Shown: positions 20,055 through 29,151, counted from the first letter of the stretch. The stretch is 64,000 nucleotides of DNA from a virus (IMGVR_UViG_3300025167_000006:1-64000); one strand, 5' to 3'. The notes: generated by a model not told the origin, from the sequence alone. Numbers and translations are program-made.

Positions 20055-20585
20055 GTGACCGAGCGTGATACGGCTGCGCTGTTGGTGAAGCAGGCCAAGA
20101 TCTTGGGTGGCTTCTACAACGGGAAGCCAACCAGCCCTGACACCGTGAAGTTCGAAGCGGACTTCCAGGGCATCAAGATCAAGGTCGATAGGCCGAAGGG
20201 GTTCGTCATGTTCGGCCAGGACTCCAAGGGGAAGTCTTGGCGCCGGACGTACCAGTACGACTACGGGTTCATCCCGAAGACGCTGGGTGGGGACCACGAT
20301 GGCCTTGATGTGTTCATCGGCCCGAGCAAGAAAGCCACGCAGACCTACTGGGCGGTGCAGCGCAAGGAAGATGGGAGCTTCGACGAGTATAAGGTGTTCG
20401 TTGGCTTCCCGAAGCGCGAGGATGCCGTAGCTGCCTACGCCGCGCACATCCCGCGCAAGTACTTTGGGCGTCTGCTCGTGATGAGCATCGAGATGATGAA
20501 GGCGATGCTGGGCAAGGAGCCGAAGGAGCAGATGAAGAAGGCTGCGTGGGTGGGGTTCGTACAAGCGGTTCAGGAGTCACTATGA
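20055..20585 (+). CDS. Inorganic pyrophosphatase-like (InPase) domain protein
   Basis: IKVDRPKG, YDYGFIPKTLGGDHDGLDVFIG and FDEYKVFVGF motifs of family-I PPase-like domains found in phage proteins. Confidence 0.8.
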   Translation: MTERDTAALLVKQAKILGGFYNGKPTSPDTVKFEADFQGIKIKVDRPKGFVMFGQDSKGKSWRRTYQYDYGFIPKTLGGDHDGLDVFIGPSKKATQTYWAVQRKEDGSFDEYKVFVGFPKREDAVAAYAAHIPRKYFGRLLVMSIEMMKAMLGKEPKEQMKKAAWVGFVQAVQESL

Positions 20586-21070
20586 AATGGTTGCTCGCAA
20601 TCCTCATGCTCATCCCGGTGCAGGCTTTGGCGGAGGAGCCCGTGGCAGTGCCCAGCCGCGAGGTTCAGTCCATACCGCCTGGGGACGACAAGATCACGTC
20701 GGTGGCAGAGGGGGAGAAGGCGCCGTACGACGGCCAGTTGTTCAGCCAGGAGACAGCCTTGCGGTGGGCGAACTGGCTGGAGCAGTACCAGCTGAAGGGG
20801 GAGGAGGACTTGCTGCTGCAGCGGCGCATCTGCACCATCGAGTACCAGTACAGGGATCGCAAGGCGGAGCTCGAGAAGGAAGCCAGCGACCGGGTGGAGG
20901 AAGACCTTCGTTCCCGACTGCTGGCCTCTGAGGAGCGGAACACGAAGCTGCAAGAGGAGATGCGCAATCCACCCTGGTACAAGACCAGGGCGTTCAGCGT
21001 CGTGGTGGGGGCTGCTGGAGCCTCGGCGCTGATAATCTCGGGGGCTGTGATCGTTGACGCTGTGAAGTAA
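20582..21070 (+). CDS. Exported coiled-coil protein with a signal peptide and C-terminal TM anchor
   Basis: MKWLLAILMLIPVQALA|EE (SPase I-type), heptad region, PWYK followed by a hydrophobic C-terminus. Confidence 0.65.
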   Translation: MKWLLAILMLIPVQALAEEPVAVPSREVQSIPPGDDKITSVAEGEKAPYDGQLFSQETALRWANWLEQYQLKGEEDLLLQRRICTIEYQYRDRKAELEKEASDRVEEDLRSRLLASEERNTKLQEEMRNPPWYKTRAFSVVVGAAGASALIISGAVIVDAVK

Positions 21071-21095
21071 CCGCTTCTTTCGTCCAGGAGACTTT

Positions 21096-21341
21096 ATGAG
21101 CGACCGATCAAGCGCTGAGAACGATTTACCAGGGGATAGGCCCATCACCTTGTCGGACATTGGGAAGAGGCTTGACGCCTTGCACGACATTGCACTCAAT
21201 GGCCTTAGAGAGACAGCGGAGCTCAAAAAGGCGGTGGAGGCTTACATGAAGAAGGTGGACGACCTGCAGGTCCGCCTTCTTACTCGACCGTGCATCGCGG
21301 AAGGTGAGAACGGCGATGGGGAGTGCCATGCCGACTTCTAG
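21096..21341 (+). CDS. Small coiled-coil hypothetical protein
   Basis: AGGAG RBS; 81 aa. Confidence 0.6.
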   Translation: MSDRSSAENDLPGDRPITLSDIGKRLDALHDIALNGLRETAELKKAVEAYMKKVDDLQVRLLTRPCIAEGENGDGECHADF

Positions 21342-21359
21342 GAAGTGGGGCTAGAAGGA

Positions 21360-21414
21360 GGACCCTACGGGTCCCCCACAGAAGCGGCCGCCAGTTGTCT
21401 GACGGCCGTTTCTG
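21360..21414. terminator. Tandem hairpins between convergent gene blocks
   Basis: GGACCC-TAC-GGGTCC (21360-21374) and CAGAAGCGGCCGCCAG-TTGT-CTGACGGCCGTTTCTG (21379-21414). Confidence 0.6.
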
Positions 21415-21534
21415 CGTCACAGCCCTGCACACGTTGAAGACCCAGCTGTTGTAGCTGCGTGTAGGCGGGCAGCCTGTCGTCGACCTCCACCACGTCCTCC
21501 GCCTTGGGGAGAACGCAGCCTGGCCAGATCTTGG

Positions 21535-22410
21535 TCAGCCTTTTCCCTGCTGCTTGTTGACCTCGGCGGTGAAGCTGTCGACGAGGCCGGACTGCATGAA
21601 CGAGGCGAGGTACTGGGAGAGCTGGCTCCTATCCCACTTCGTGATGAACTCCGTGAGGGTGAGCAGCAGCGCGAACGTCATCTTCTGCGACCCGTCGTCG
21701 CTCTTGGAGGACAGGGCCGACAGCACGCCCATGAGCGTCTTGCTGAGCTCCTCGATGCCTGCGGCGAGGCGAAGCTGCGTCTCCAAGATCTCCTTCATGG
21801 ACGTGCCCTGAGCCGGCGGCGTCTGCCCAGGCGCTGGCTGGCCGGGGATTCCGGGCATCGTGGGAGGCGCAGTGGGGTTTCCCTGGATACCTGGGATGGC
21901 TTGAGGGAGCCCAGGAAGCGGCTGTGGTCCTCGCTGCTGCTGCGGTTGGCCACCACCCATGGGCATCCCGGGCATGCCCGGCATGGGCTGCTGCATCGGC
22001 TGCTGCATGTGCGTGGGCTGCGGCTGCATGGGTTGCTGGGGCTGCATCATGGGCATCCCCATCTGCTGGGGCATTCCGGCAGGCGGCTGCATCGCCATCC
22101 CCATCTGCGGCGGCATCCCCGGGATCTGCTGGGGCATCTGCTGCATGGGCTGTTGCATCGGCATCTGCTGCTGCGGCTGCTGCATCATGGGCGGCTGGTT
22201 GCCGCTGCGGAACGCGGTGAGTGCCGCCAACAGCGCCGTTGCCTGGTCCGCGTCTGGGCTCTTGCTGAAGGCGGACTTTCCCTCGTCACCTGCGGCAGCG
22301 AACCCGTTGCACTGCATCATGATGCGGAACCGCTGCGGAGGGTTCATCTGGGTGAGGATGAAGTTGTAGTCGAGCGGGATGGTGTTGGGGTCGAGTGATA
22401 CTGCGTTCAT
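21535..22410 (-). CDS. Gln/Pro/Met-rich low-complexity protein with folded N- and C-termini
   Basis: About 130-aa central QPM/G tract; ATGA-coupled to the upstream gene. Confidence 0.75.
   Translation of the reverse strand: MNAVSLDPNTIPLDYNFILTQMNPPQRFRIMMQCNGFAAAGDEGKSAFSKSPDADQATALLAALTAFRSGNQPPMMQQPQQQMPMQQPMQQMPQQIPGMPPQMGMAMQPPAGMPQQMGMPMMQPQQPMQPQPTHMQQPMQQPMPGMPGMPMGGGQPQQQRGPQPLPGLPQAIPGIQGNPTAPPTMPGIPGQPAPGQTPPAQGTSMKEILETQLRLAAGIEELSKTLMGVLSALSSKSDDGSQKMTFALLLTLTEFITKWDRSQLSQYLASFMQSGLVDSFTAEVNKQQGKG
21541..21547 (-). promoter_or_regulatory. Candidate -1 slippery site G_GGA_AAA
   Basis: In-frame X_XXY_YYZ heptamer one codon before TGA; the -1 frame stays open to TAG at 21365-21367. 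Confidence 0.45.
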
Positions 22411-22805
22411 TGCTTCCTCTCAGTGATTAGCTGGGTTGCTCGTGGCGTTTGGTTGTGGATACAGGAAAGGACCTTCATGTCCGTGCAACCAAAACACGGA
22501 CGGGGGTTAGCGAGCTTGGGGTCAGTGGAACGGAGGTGTTGCGCCGGACACTTGATCTGCGGGCGCAGCTGCATCCAGTGGTCACCGATGAAGGTGATGA
22601 GCCCACGTCTCCAGGCGTTGATCGGGTTTCCGTCTATGCCGCAGGACGCTGGGTCGATTCGGTCTAGAAGAACTTCTTGCAGTAGGTCTACAGGCGCTCC
22701 TGGATGTACCTCAATACCGAGGCTATGTACGCACTGCAAGAGCTCTGTTCTGTTGAGGGCGGCAATGAGGTTGTATCTCTCATCACGCGTTGTCGAAGTA
22801 CTCAC
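22407..22805 (-). CDS. Cys-containing hypothetical protein
   Basis: C...CFGC...C; overlaps both neighbours. Confidence 0.65.
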   Translation of the reverse strand: MSTSTTRDERYNLIAALNRTELLQCVHSLGIEVHPGAPVDLLQEVLLDRIDPASCGIDGNPINAWRRGLITFIGDHWMQLRPQIKCPAQHLRSTDPKLANPRPCFGCTDMKVLSCIHNQTPRATQLITERKQ

Positions 22806-23235
22806 TCAATGGACCTTCCTCTGAGTCTAGGTCAAAAGCCCATATGTCAACGCTTTCCTCGCTCTGGTCGGGGATGGCCTGCTTGAACACAGACACGTAA
22901 AAGTGCTGCCTGTCGTCGTGGCCGCAAGCGTCAACTATCGCGTCTTCCACTATCTTGGTGTAGTTGGTGACGTCGAAAGCCTTATACCTGTTCTCTGCTG
23001 TTTTTGGCCATCCTCCCCACAACATTGAGCTGCGGTTTACGTTCAACCGGAGCACCACCGCGTAGGGCTTGTTCTTCTTGAAGAAGGAGAGGAAGCCTTG
23101 GTGGTTCTGGGCCAGGTACGACTTGGCCTCCACCTTGTACTTTCTCCCTGCACTGGTGAGCGTCCGCAACTTTCCCTTCTGGAAGTAGCAGTGGTTCACC
23201 GAGGGAGGAAGCCCAGGCAGATGAGCTCGTATCAC
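22783..23235 (-). CDS. rusA: RusA-like Holliday junction resolvase
   Basis: PPSVN, DVTNYTKIVEDAI (DxDNxxKxxxD-like) and DD motifs. Confidence 0.75.
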   Translation of the reverse strand: MIRAHLPGLPPSVNHCYFQKGKLRTLTSAGRKYKVEAKSYLAQNHQGFLSFFKKNKPYAVVLRLNVNRSSMLWGGWPKTAENRYKAFDVTNYTKIVEDAIVDACGHDDRQHFYVSVFKQAIPDQSEESVDIWAFDLDSEEGPLSEYFDNA

Positions 23236-23822
23236 AACCGCTGGCCCCTGACCACCCTAGATCCCTTGCCTCCCAGGTCTATCTCCTGTCCGCGCATCGT
23301 GAGCTGGCGGGAGAGCCCAGCCCCGTACTTTTCGAACGCCTTTACCTCGACTTCGATGCGCTCGATGGCCGCCTCCAGGTTCTGCTCCGCTACCTTAAGC
23401 GCCTTGTAGTTGGGGAGCAGCTTCACCGTCTCCTTCAGCTCGGCCTCCGCAGGCTTCTTTTCCTGCATGGACTTGTAGTGCCGGCGAAGTTCGTTCATGT
23501 GCTCCACCGTAAGGTCCGCCAGCTCATTCTGTACGCATTGAAGACGCCCCCTCATCTCGGACAGCCGGACGCCCGCGTACTCTAGCCAGCGACTCACCCT
23601 GAAGGAGGTTCTTGCGTACTCCTCACCCTCGATGTTCAGGTAGTCGCTCTCTGTGAGGATGGGCCTTGGGATTGGTGGCGTTGACATGTGCGGGAAGCCC
23701 ATGGCGTCCATGCACATCAGTAGCTGGTCGTAGTTGTCCCAGTAGCTATGTATCTCAGTGGCTCGTTGCTCACTGAGCCCTGGGTCTCCAGAAAACTGCA
23801 GTCCTTCATCTCCGTTCATCAC
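23232..23822 (-). CDS. Helical protein, possibly a UvsY-like recombination mediator
   Basis: Long coiled-coil ending ...KAFEKYGAGLSRQLTMR; located in the recombination cluster. Confidence 0.4.
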   Translation of the reverse strand: MMNGDEGLQFSGDPGLSEQRATEIHSYWDNYDQLLMCMDAMGFPHMSTPPIPRPILTESDYLNIEGEEYARTSFRVSRWLEYAGVRLSEMRGRLQCVQNELADLTVEHMNELRRHYKSMQEKKPAEAELKETVKLLPNYKALKVAEQNLEAAIERIEVEVKAFEKYGAGLSRQLTMRGQEIDLGGKGSRVVRGQRL

Positions 23823-24661
23823 AGCCGTCCTGGGCGGGTTGATTTCCTACCCATGGTAGCCAGGTAGGTTGGCTTGCAGTCGTAGGCGAAGGGGCACCAC
23901 CCGCATGAGAACCCCTCTTCGGCCTGTGGCAGGGAGTGCTCGTAGGCCATCTTGTACCCCGCTTGAATCCGGTTCTCGAGCTGAGCTTCCAGCTTCCTGT
24001 CGTAGGTGATTAGCCATGGGGCTGCTGGTGGAGTCCACAGCGAGGAGCTCTTGTTGTAGTAGAGGAACCACGTCACAGGAGCATTTAGCGAGCGCATGTA
24101 GATGTGCGCCTGCTCTATGTGGCTCTGCCGTGGTGCCGTCAGCTTCTCGAACTCCTTGTCGCTCTCGGTCTTGATCTCCAGGATGAGGCGGATTACAGGG
24201 TTGAAGTTGGCGTCGAAGAAGGTGAACAACCCATCGGAGTGCGAGTAGACCATGTAGGTCCTGGTGAACTCGTTGGTGGACGGGTCAATCTTTACCTCAT
24301 CGATGAACTCCACGTACCCGTTCCCGAACATCATCACCATTCGGGTGAGCTCAGCTTGGGTCATGGCATGGATGACGTGCCCGATGCTGAACCGGCGCTT
24401 CATGTTCACGTCGACCTGGCTCGGGAGGAGCTTGCGTTCGAACCCCGACAGCGCATACACGAAGCGGCGCATGCACCCGGACACCTCGGATGCGTGCACC
24501 CCCGGCTCTCGGGTCCTCTCGCTTGGGATGAACACATTGAAGCTGACGTCGGTGTTCTCGTAGCGCTTCAGGTCGTCGAACCAGACGCCCAGTAGCTTGA
24601 TGGTGTCTAGGTGGTGCTGCCAGTTGCCTTGCAGGTCAGGTATCGTCAGAAGTGCGGACAT
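23819..24661 (-). CDS. Cas4-like/AddB-type PD-(D/E)xK exonuclease with Fe-S cysteines
   Basis: HASEVSGC, GHVIH, DG...LEIKT, QAHIYM, CGWCPFAYDC. Confidence 0.8.
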   Translation of the reverse strand: MSALLTIPDLQGNWQHHLDTIKLLGVWFDDLKRYENTDVSFNVFIPSERTREPGVHASEVSGCMRRFVYALSGFERKLLPSQVDVNMKRRFSIGHVIHAMTQAELTRMVMMFGNGYVEFIDEVKIDPSTNEFTRTYMVYSHSDGLFTFFDANFNPVIRLILEIKTESDKEFEKLTAPRQSHIEQAHIYMRSLNAPVTWFLYYNKSSSLWTPPAAPWLITYDRKLEAQLENRIQAGYKMAYEHSLPQAEEGFSCGWCPFAYDCKPTYLATMGRKSTRPGRL

Positions 24662-25151
24662 GCTTCTCCCATACGCTTCGCGGAACGAGGACCCAAGAGT
24701 CTTCAGTCCGTAGCGTGCTTGGTTCCTTGAAGTCGATTGCGAACACCGGGTCTTCCCCGAGTGCGCACTCAGACCGGATCTTGTTCAGGTCCGACCTCGT
24801 GACGCTGTAACTCTTGTGCGTGGTGTACTTGGCTTCAATCCTGTACCTACCATCGGCTCGCACATCGCCGGCGTACCCGGATTGGTTCCCACTTCCTCTA
24901 TGCCTCACTCCGCCGTGGGATTTCGCCAGTGACTCTTCTTGACGCCGGGATACCTGCACGCGCCTTTTTGGGCTGGCTCTGTCGACCTTATTCTCGTAGG
25001 GAGGCTCCATCACAAGATGGTAGAGGGCGCTTTCACCGACGTGGGCAGGTACACTCACCTCGACGCATCCGGTAAACCCCCTGTCGTCGGTTGCTCTGAC
25101 GAATACGCCAGCCTCCCAGCGTTCTACGAGCACGTTCAGCGATACAAACAT
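24636..25151 (-). CDS. Hjc-like PD-(D/E)xK nuclease/resolvase
   Basis: QE...RGSGN...GDV...IEAK...SYS; start taken at ATG 25151 (MFVSLN). Confidence 0.7.
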   Translation of the reverse strand: MFVSLNVLVERWEAGVFVRATDDRGFTGCVEVSVPAHVGESALYHLVMEPPYENKVDRASPKRRVQVSRRQEESLAKSHGGVRHRGSGNQSGYAGDVRADGRYRIEAKYTTHKSYSVTRSDLNKIRSECALGEDPVFAIDFKEPSTLRTEDSWVLVPRSVWEKHVRTSDDT

Positions 25152-26455
25152 CGAACCCCTGCGGCGGCCATGACGTGGCGTCTGAAGTCGAGCTCGAAGT
25201 CGAAGTCGACGGCTAGGCACTCGCGTAGGGACATTTCATCGGGTGCCATCATTCCTGGTACGGGCTCCCCGGTCATGGCGTTGACCAGGTGGACGTCTTT
25301 GCTGGTTCTGGCCAGCAGACCGTACTGTGAGGCGTGCAAGATCAGCTCGCTGTGCACGTCCACGTTGCCGGTCATGAACTCCGAGTAGTAGTACTCGAAC
25401 TCCCCCTTCATGTGGTCGTGGGTGCCGGCTTTGCCCTTGGCGGTCTCGAACATGATCTTCTTCCCCACGGTGTAGTCCTGACCACGGATCGTCCTCTTCA
25501 GCTGCTTGCCGGACATCATGACCAGGTCGATGAGCTTGAAGTGCTCGGTCGCCTTCCCGCCCGTGGTCTTGAACTCGCGCCCGTACTGGGAGTCGTTTTG
25601 CCGAACTTGTTGTGTGAACAGCAGGGTGGTGTAGTTCTGTCCGGAGTTCACTCTGGGAACGTACTTCACCCAGAACTTCCCCATCATGATGGCGCGGGCC
25701 GCTCTAGCGTCCTCCTCGCTCATCTCCTTGTCCGCATCGCGCATCGGCTCCAGGGACGTGACGGAGTCGACGCCGATGATGTTGAACACCCCAGAGTCCA
25801 CGCACTCCAGCACGGACTGAAGGACTTGTTCTCCGGTTCCTCCCTGGATGATGTGAATCGTTCCTACTTGCTGCTTCAGGAAGGCGATCTTCTCGTTGCT
25901 CCACCGTGGAAGACCCAGCTCCATGTCCCTCTGCATGTATCGTCGGATGACGCCATCAGGAAGGGACACCTTCATGCCCGCCTGCAGCATCTGGTCGTAG
26001 GGTATCTGAGTCTCCGCCACGTGGAGGGCGATCATGGTGGACTGTCCAAATAGCTGCTGCTGCATGGCCATGGTTCGGAACAGCAGCCAGCTCTTGCAGG
26101 CGTTGTAGGGTCCGGAGATCATGCAGGCGCCACCGGCTGGGAACCCACCTCCCAGAGCGATGTCCATCCCAGGTATGCCTGTTGGGCGCCTGAGCGTGTA
26201 GTTGTTGTCCAGGCTGCTGGCGGTAACCAGCCTGCCACCAGACGCGTTGACCAGCGCAGCCAGCTTCTTGGCGCGCTCTGCGTCCTCTTTATTGGTGACA
26301 GCCTGTACCTTGCTGATGGCCAGTTCTGGGGTAGCCGTGGGCGCCTGCATCGTTACAGGCGCTCTCTTCGGCTTCTTGTCTTCCTTCTCGTCCTTCTTGG
26401 GTTCCTTCTTGGGTTCCTTGTTGGCGGCCTTCTTCGCTACTTTCTTGGATGCCAC
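25136..26455 (-). CDS. recA: RecA/UvsX-family recombinase with a Lys-rich N-terminal extension
   Basis: PTGIPGMDIALGGGFP, Walker A GPYNACKS, Walker B IIGVDSV, QQVR, TTGGKA; start taken at GTG 26455. Confidence 0.85.
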   Translation of the reverse strand: MASKKVAKKAANKEPKKEPKKDEKEDKKPKRAPVTMQAPTATPELAISKVQAVTNKEDAERAKKLAALVNASGGRLVTASSLDNNYTLRRPTGIPGMDIALGGGFPAGGACMISGPYNACKSWLLFRTMAMQQQLFGQSTMIALHVAETQIPYDQMLQAGMKVSLPDGVIRRYMQRDMELGLPRWSNEKIAFLKQQVGTIHIIQGGTGEQVLQSVLECVDSGVFNIIGVDSVTSLEPMRDADKEMSEEDARAARAIMMGKFWVKYVPRVNSGQNYTTLLFTQQVRQNDSQYGREFKTTGGKATEHFKLIDLVMMSGKQLKRTIRGQDYTVGKKIMFETAKGKAGTHDHMKGEFEYYYSEFMTGNVDVHSELILHASQYGLLARTSKDVHLVNAMTGEPVPGMMAPDEMSLRECLAVDFDFELDFRRHVMAAAGVRCLYR

Positions 26456-26619
26456 GGGTTCTTGTTCTCCTCGAACGGTTGGGTTCCGTGCACGGGACAG
26501 ACCAATACCTGACCGTGCTTCTCGAGTTCGGAGCCACACGCTGGGCATCCGTTGCTCGCCTGCTTGACGTTCTCTTTGCTGGTCTCGCCCTCATCCACGC
26601 CGAACTTATCCATTGACAT
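26437..26619 (-). CDS. Small zinc-finger protein
   Basis: CPACG...CPVHG; fills the gap between the HU-like gene and recA. Confidence 0.65.
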   Translation of the reverse strand: MSMDKFGVDEGETSKENVKQASNGCPACGSELEKHGQVLVCPVHGTQPFEENKNPWHPRK

Positions 26620-26950
26620 TGTGCTTCTCCTTCAGCCGCTTGGTCAGGCTGACGTTCTTCGCGAAGCATACCCTAAGTTGGCGTTGGACTCTCACCCTTC
26701 TTTTGCCCCCGTTCTCTCCCTTCTTGAACGTCCCCTGAACCAGCGTCGTTTCGTAGTCCATGCGCTGCTCGATCATCTTGAGGCTCCCCAGGGCGGGCAG
26801 GTGCACCTCTTCTCCGTCCGCGATGGCTTCGGCTATCTGCTCCAAGAACTCACGGGTTAGCCTCGCTATCGTGGACCGGCGGAACGCTGGTATCTGCTGA
26901 GCCACGCGTAGGTCCAGCATCATCTTGTCGCACTTCTTTTTGCCTCTCAT
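26606..26950 (-). CDS. HU/IHF-like DNA-binding protein
   Basis: FLEQIAEAIADGEEVHLPALGSL...RVCF...SLTKRL; ATG 26950 directly follows the pol stop. Confidence 0.8.
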   Translation of the reverse strand: MRGKKKCDKMMLDLRVAQQIPAFRRSTIARLTREFLEQIAEAIADGEEVHLPALGSLKMIEQRMDYETTLVQGTFKKGENGGKRRVRVQRQLRVCFAKNVSLTKRLKEKHNVNG

Positions 26951-26952
26951 GG

Positions 26953-29067
26953 CTACTTGGCCTCGGCCCAGTTGTTGCCGATGCCCGCTTCCGCGATGAG
27001 CGGAACGCGCAGGTCTGTCCAGAACGGGTGCGCCATGAGTTCCTCGATGTCGCGCTTTGCCAGCTCTGCCGGCTCTTCTGGAACCTCGAAGACCAGCTCG
27101 TCGTGTACTTGCAGGACAGCGAAGCAGTTGTACTTCGATTCGATGTCGTACCAGTCCAGCTGCAGCTGAGCCATCTTGCATGTGTCCGCAGCTGAGCCCT
27201 GGATTTGTGTGTTCACAGCCAACCGTTCTCCAAGAGCCTTTTCGTCCTTTCTGGACGACAAGATCATGGGCAGGCTTCTGCGCCTACCGAGGATGGTGAA
27301 CGAGTACCCGTACTGACGGGCTTCTTCGACCGCCTCTTTCATGAAGTTCTCAACGGCTGGGTACGTGTCCTTGTAGGTTCGGATCTTGAGCTGGGCATCC
27401 TTCACGGAGCACCCAAGGTCGTTCGCCAGCTTATTAGGGCCCATCCCGTAGTTGAGTCCGAAGCCGATGTTCTTGGCGTCCGAGCGGCAGGCGGCGCAGT
27501 ACTTCAGGTAGTACTTGATGTCACCGGCGCAGCGACCCAGGATGCCGGGGGAGATCTCCTCAGCCTTCTGGATCAAGTCCTGCTCGGGCATGTCCGCAAT
27601 CTTCTTCTTGAGCTCGTTGCCGGCGACGATGTCCGTGTACTCGATGTCGTACATCAGGGCCGCGTTCCCGCAATGGATGTCCCAGTTGCGTAAGAACACG
27701 TCGATCATTCCCTTTGCGCACGAGGCAGCAGCCAGCAGCCTCATCTCCAGCTGGCTGTAGTCAGCGGCGATTATCTTCCACCCAGGCAGTGTGATGAACC
27801 CAGCTCGCAGGTTCCAGTGGTCGTTCTCTGGGCGCGGGATGTTCTGCAGGTTTGGGTCTGAGCTGCTGAGGCGCCCAGTTCGTGCGACATCCTGGTTGAA
27901 GTGCGTGTGTATCCGTCCCCATGGGTCAAGGATGGAGCTGAGCCCTTCAATGTAGGTTCCGTACAGCTTCGCGTAGCGCCGGTGCTCCAAGATCAGGGAG
28001 GCTACCGGATGGTCGTTCTTGTACTTCTCGAGGAAGTCCTTATCCACGCTCGCTTGTCGTACGCCGGTCTTTCCGCCCTTGCTCATCTTCACCGGCGCGA
28101 GCTTCTCCTGGTCGATGAAGTACTCCCTGAGCTGCTTTGGGCTAGCCGGGTTGATCATTCTTCCAGCGGCGTGGACGATGTCGCGCTCTATCCTGCCTAT
28201 CGTTTCCTTGGCTTCAGGAGCCGCGTTAGCCAGCCGCTGCTGGTCTAGGAGCACGCCGCGCCGTTCTGCCTTCCACAGCACCTTGGTGTACGGCTTCTCC
28301 ACCTTGTCGAAGTAGTCCCACACCGTCGAGATGTACTGCGGGTACAACGAGTGGGTTCCAGCTGCTTCCAGCTGCCGCTTGAGCTCTATGTAGCACAGGA
28401 GGGTTCCCCAGGCGTCGTTGGCCGCATACTCGATGAGCAGCGCCAGGTTGTGCCACTCAGCTATTCGAATAAGGTCCCACGGAGTAGACAGGCGGTTGCT
28501 ATCTATTCCGTATGGGCAGGGGCCCATGTGGTCACAAGCTTCTCGTAGAAGCTCCGTTCTTTCTTCGCCCAGCCTGGTTCCTATCTTGCCAAACGCGTCT
28601 TCGAAGCTAGCCCAGCTCCAGCCGAATAGATGGTCTGCCATCATCTTCAGCTTGTGCTGCCGGTCTTCGTACAACAGGGCGTGCATCACCTGGGTGTCTA
28701 CGCACTTGCCGCGAAGGTATATGCCAAAGTTCGCAAGGATGTGCATGTCGTACTTCGCGTTGGCGAATACCCATGTGACGTCCTCTCTGGCAAATAGGTG
28801 AGTAAAGCAGTCGAGGGTATCGCTGCGCAGGGTGGCTCGGGACTGCCCCCAAGCTACGGACCAGTACAGCGGCACGTCCTTCCAGCTGATCAATCCCGTC
28901 GTTTCGGTATCGATGCCGATCACCTTCTGGTCGGACAGCTCATTCACCAGGTTCTGGAACTCTGCGCTTCCAGCTTGCTTGACTAGTTGTTGGTCTGCTT
29001 GCTTGTACCGGTTGCCCGTAGGACCGATGAAAAACTTGGTATCTGGTAGTTCGATGTTCCAGGCCAT
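26953..29067 (-). CDS. polA: Family-A DNA polymerase with 3'-5' exonuclease and no 5' nuclease domain
   Basis: DTETTG, NAKYD, TGRLSSSDPNLQNIP, motif A DYSQLEMR, motif B AKNIGFGLNYG, motif C QVHDELVFE. Confidence 0.95.
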   Translation of the reverse strand: MAWNIELPDTKFFIGPTGNRYKQADQQLVKQAGSAEFQNLVNELSDQKVIGIDTETTGLISWKDVPLYWSVAWGQSRATLRSDTLDCFTHLFAREDVTWVFANAKYDMHILANFGIYLRGKCVDTQVMHALLYEDRQHKLKMMADHLFGWSWASFEDAFGKIGTRLGEERTELLREACDHMGPCPYGIDSNRLSTPWDLIRIAEWHNLALLIEYAANDAWGTLLCYIELKRQLEAAGTHSLYPQYISTVWDYFDKVEKPYTKVLWKAERRGVLLDQQRLANAAPEAKETIGRIERDIVHAAGRMINPASPKQLREYFIDQEKLAPVKMSKGGKTGVRQASVDKDFLEKYKNDHPVASLILEHRRYAKLYGTYIEGLSSILDPWGRIHTHFNQDVARTGRLSSSDPNLQNIPRPENDHWNLRAGFITLPGWKIIAADYSQLEMRLLAAASCAKGMIDVFLRNWDIHCGNAALMYDIEYTDIVAGNELKKKIADMPEQDLIQKAEEISPGILGRCAGDIKYYLKYCAACRSDAKNIGFGLNYGMGPNKLANDLGCSVKDAQLKIRTYKDTYPAVENFMKEAVEEARQYGYSFTILGRRRSLPMILSSRKDEKALGERLAVNTQIQGSAADTCKMAQLQLDWYDIESKYNCFAVLQVHDELVFEVPEEPAELAKRDIEELMAHPFWTDLRVPLIAEAGIGNNWAEAK

Positions 29068-29104
29068 AGGTGAACGTGACCTATTGATGGGTGATGGGCG
29101 CACA

Positions 29105-29139
29105 CGCGCCCCGGCCCTTGTTACAGGACCAGGGGCGTG
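29105..29139 (-). terminator. Imperfect hairpin between the SSB and pol genes
   Basis: cgcgccccggcccttg-tta-caggaccaggggcgtg. Confidence 0.4.
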
Positions 29140-29151
29140 AGCTTCCGTTCG

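Noticed and set aside
21901-22398. Cys/Gly/Met-rich, His/Leu-rich and Ala-rich + strand ORFs resembling metallothioneins
   Set aside because: Antisense readings of CAG/CCG/ATG repeats in the Q/P/M-rich gene.
23819-24661. Cas4-like gene as a sign of CRISPR-Cas
   Set aside because: No cas1/cas2, effector or array is present; stand-alone Cas4-like nucleases are common in phage replication blocks.
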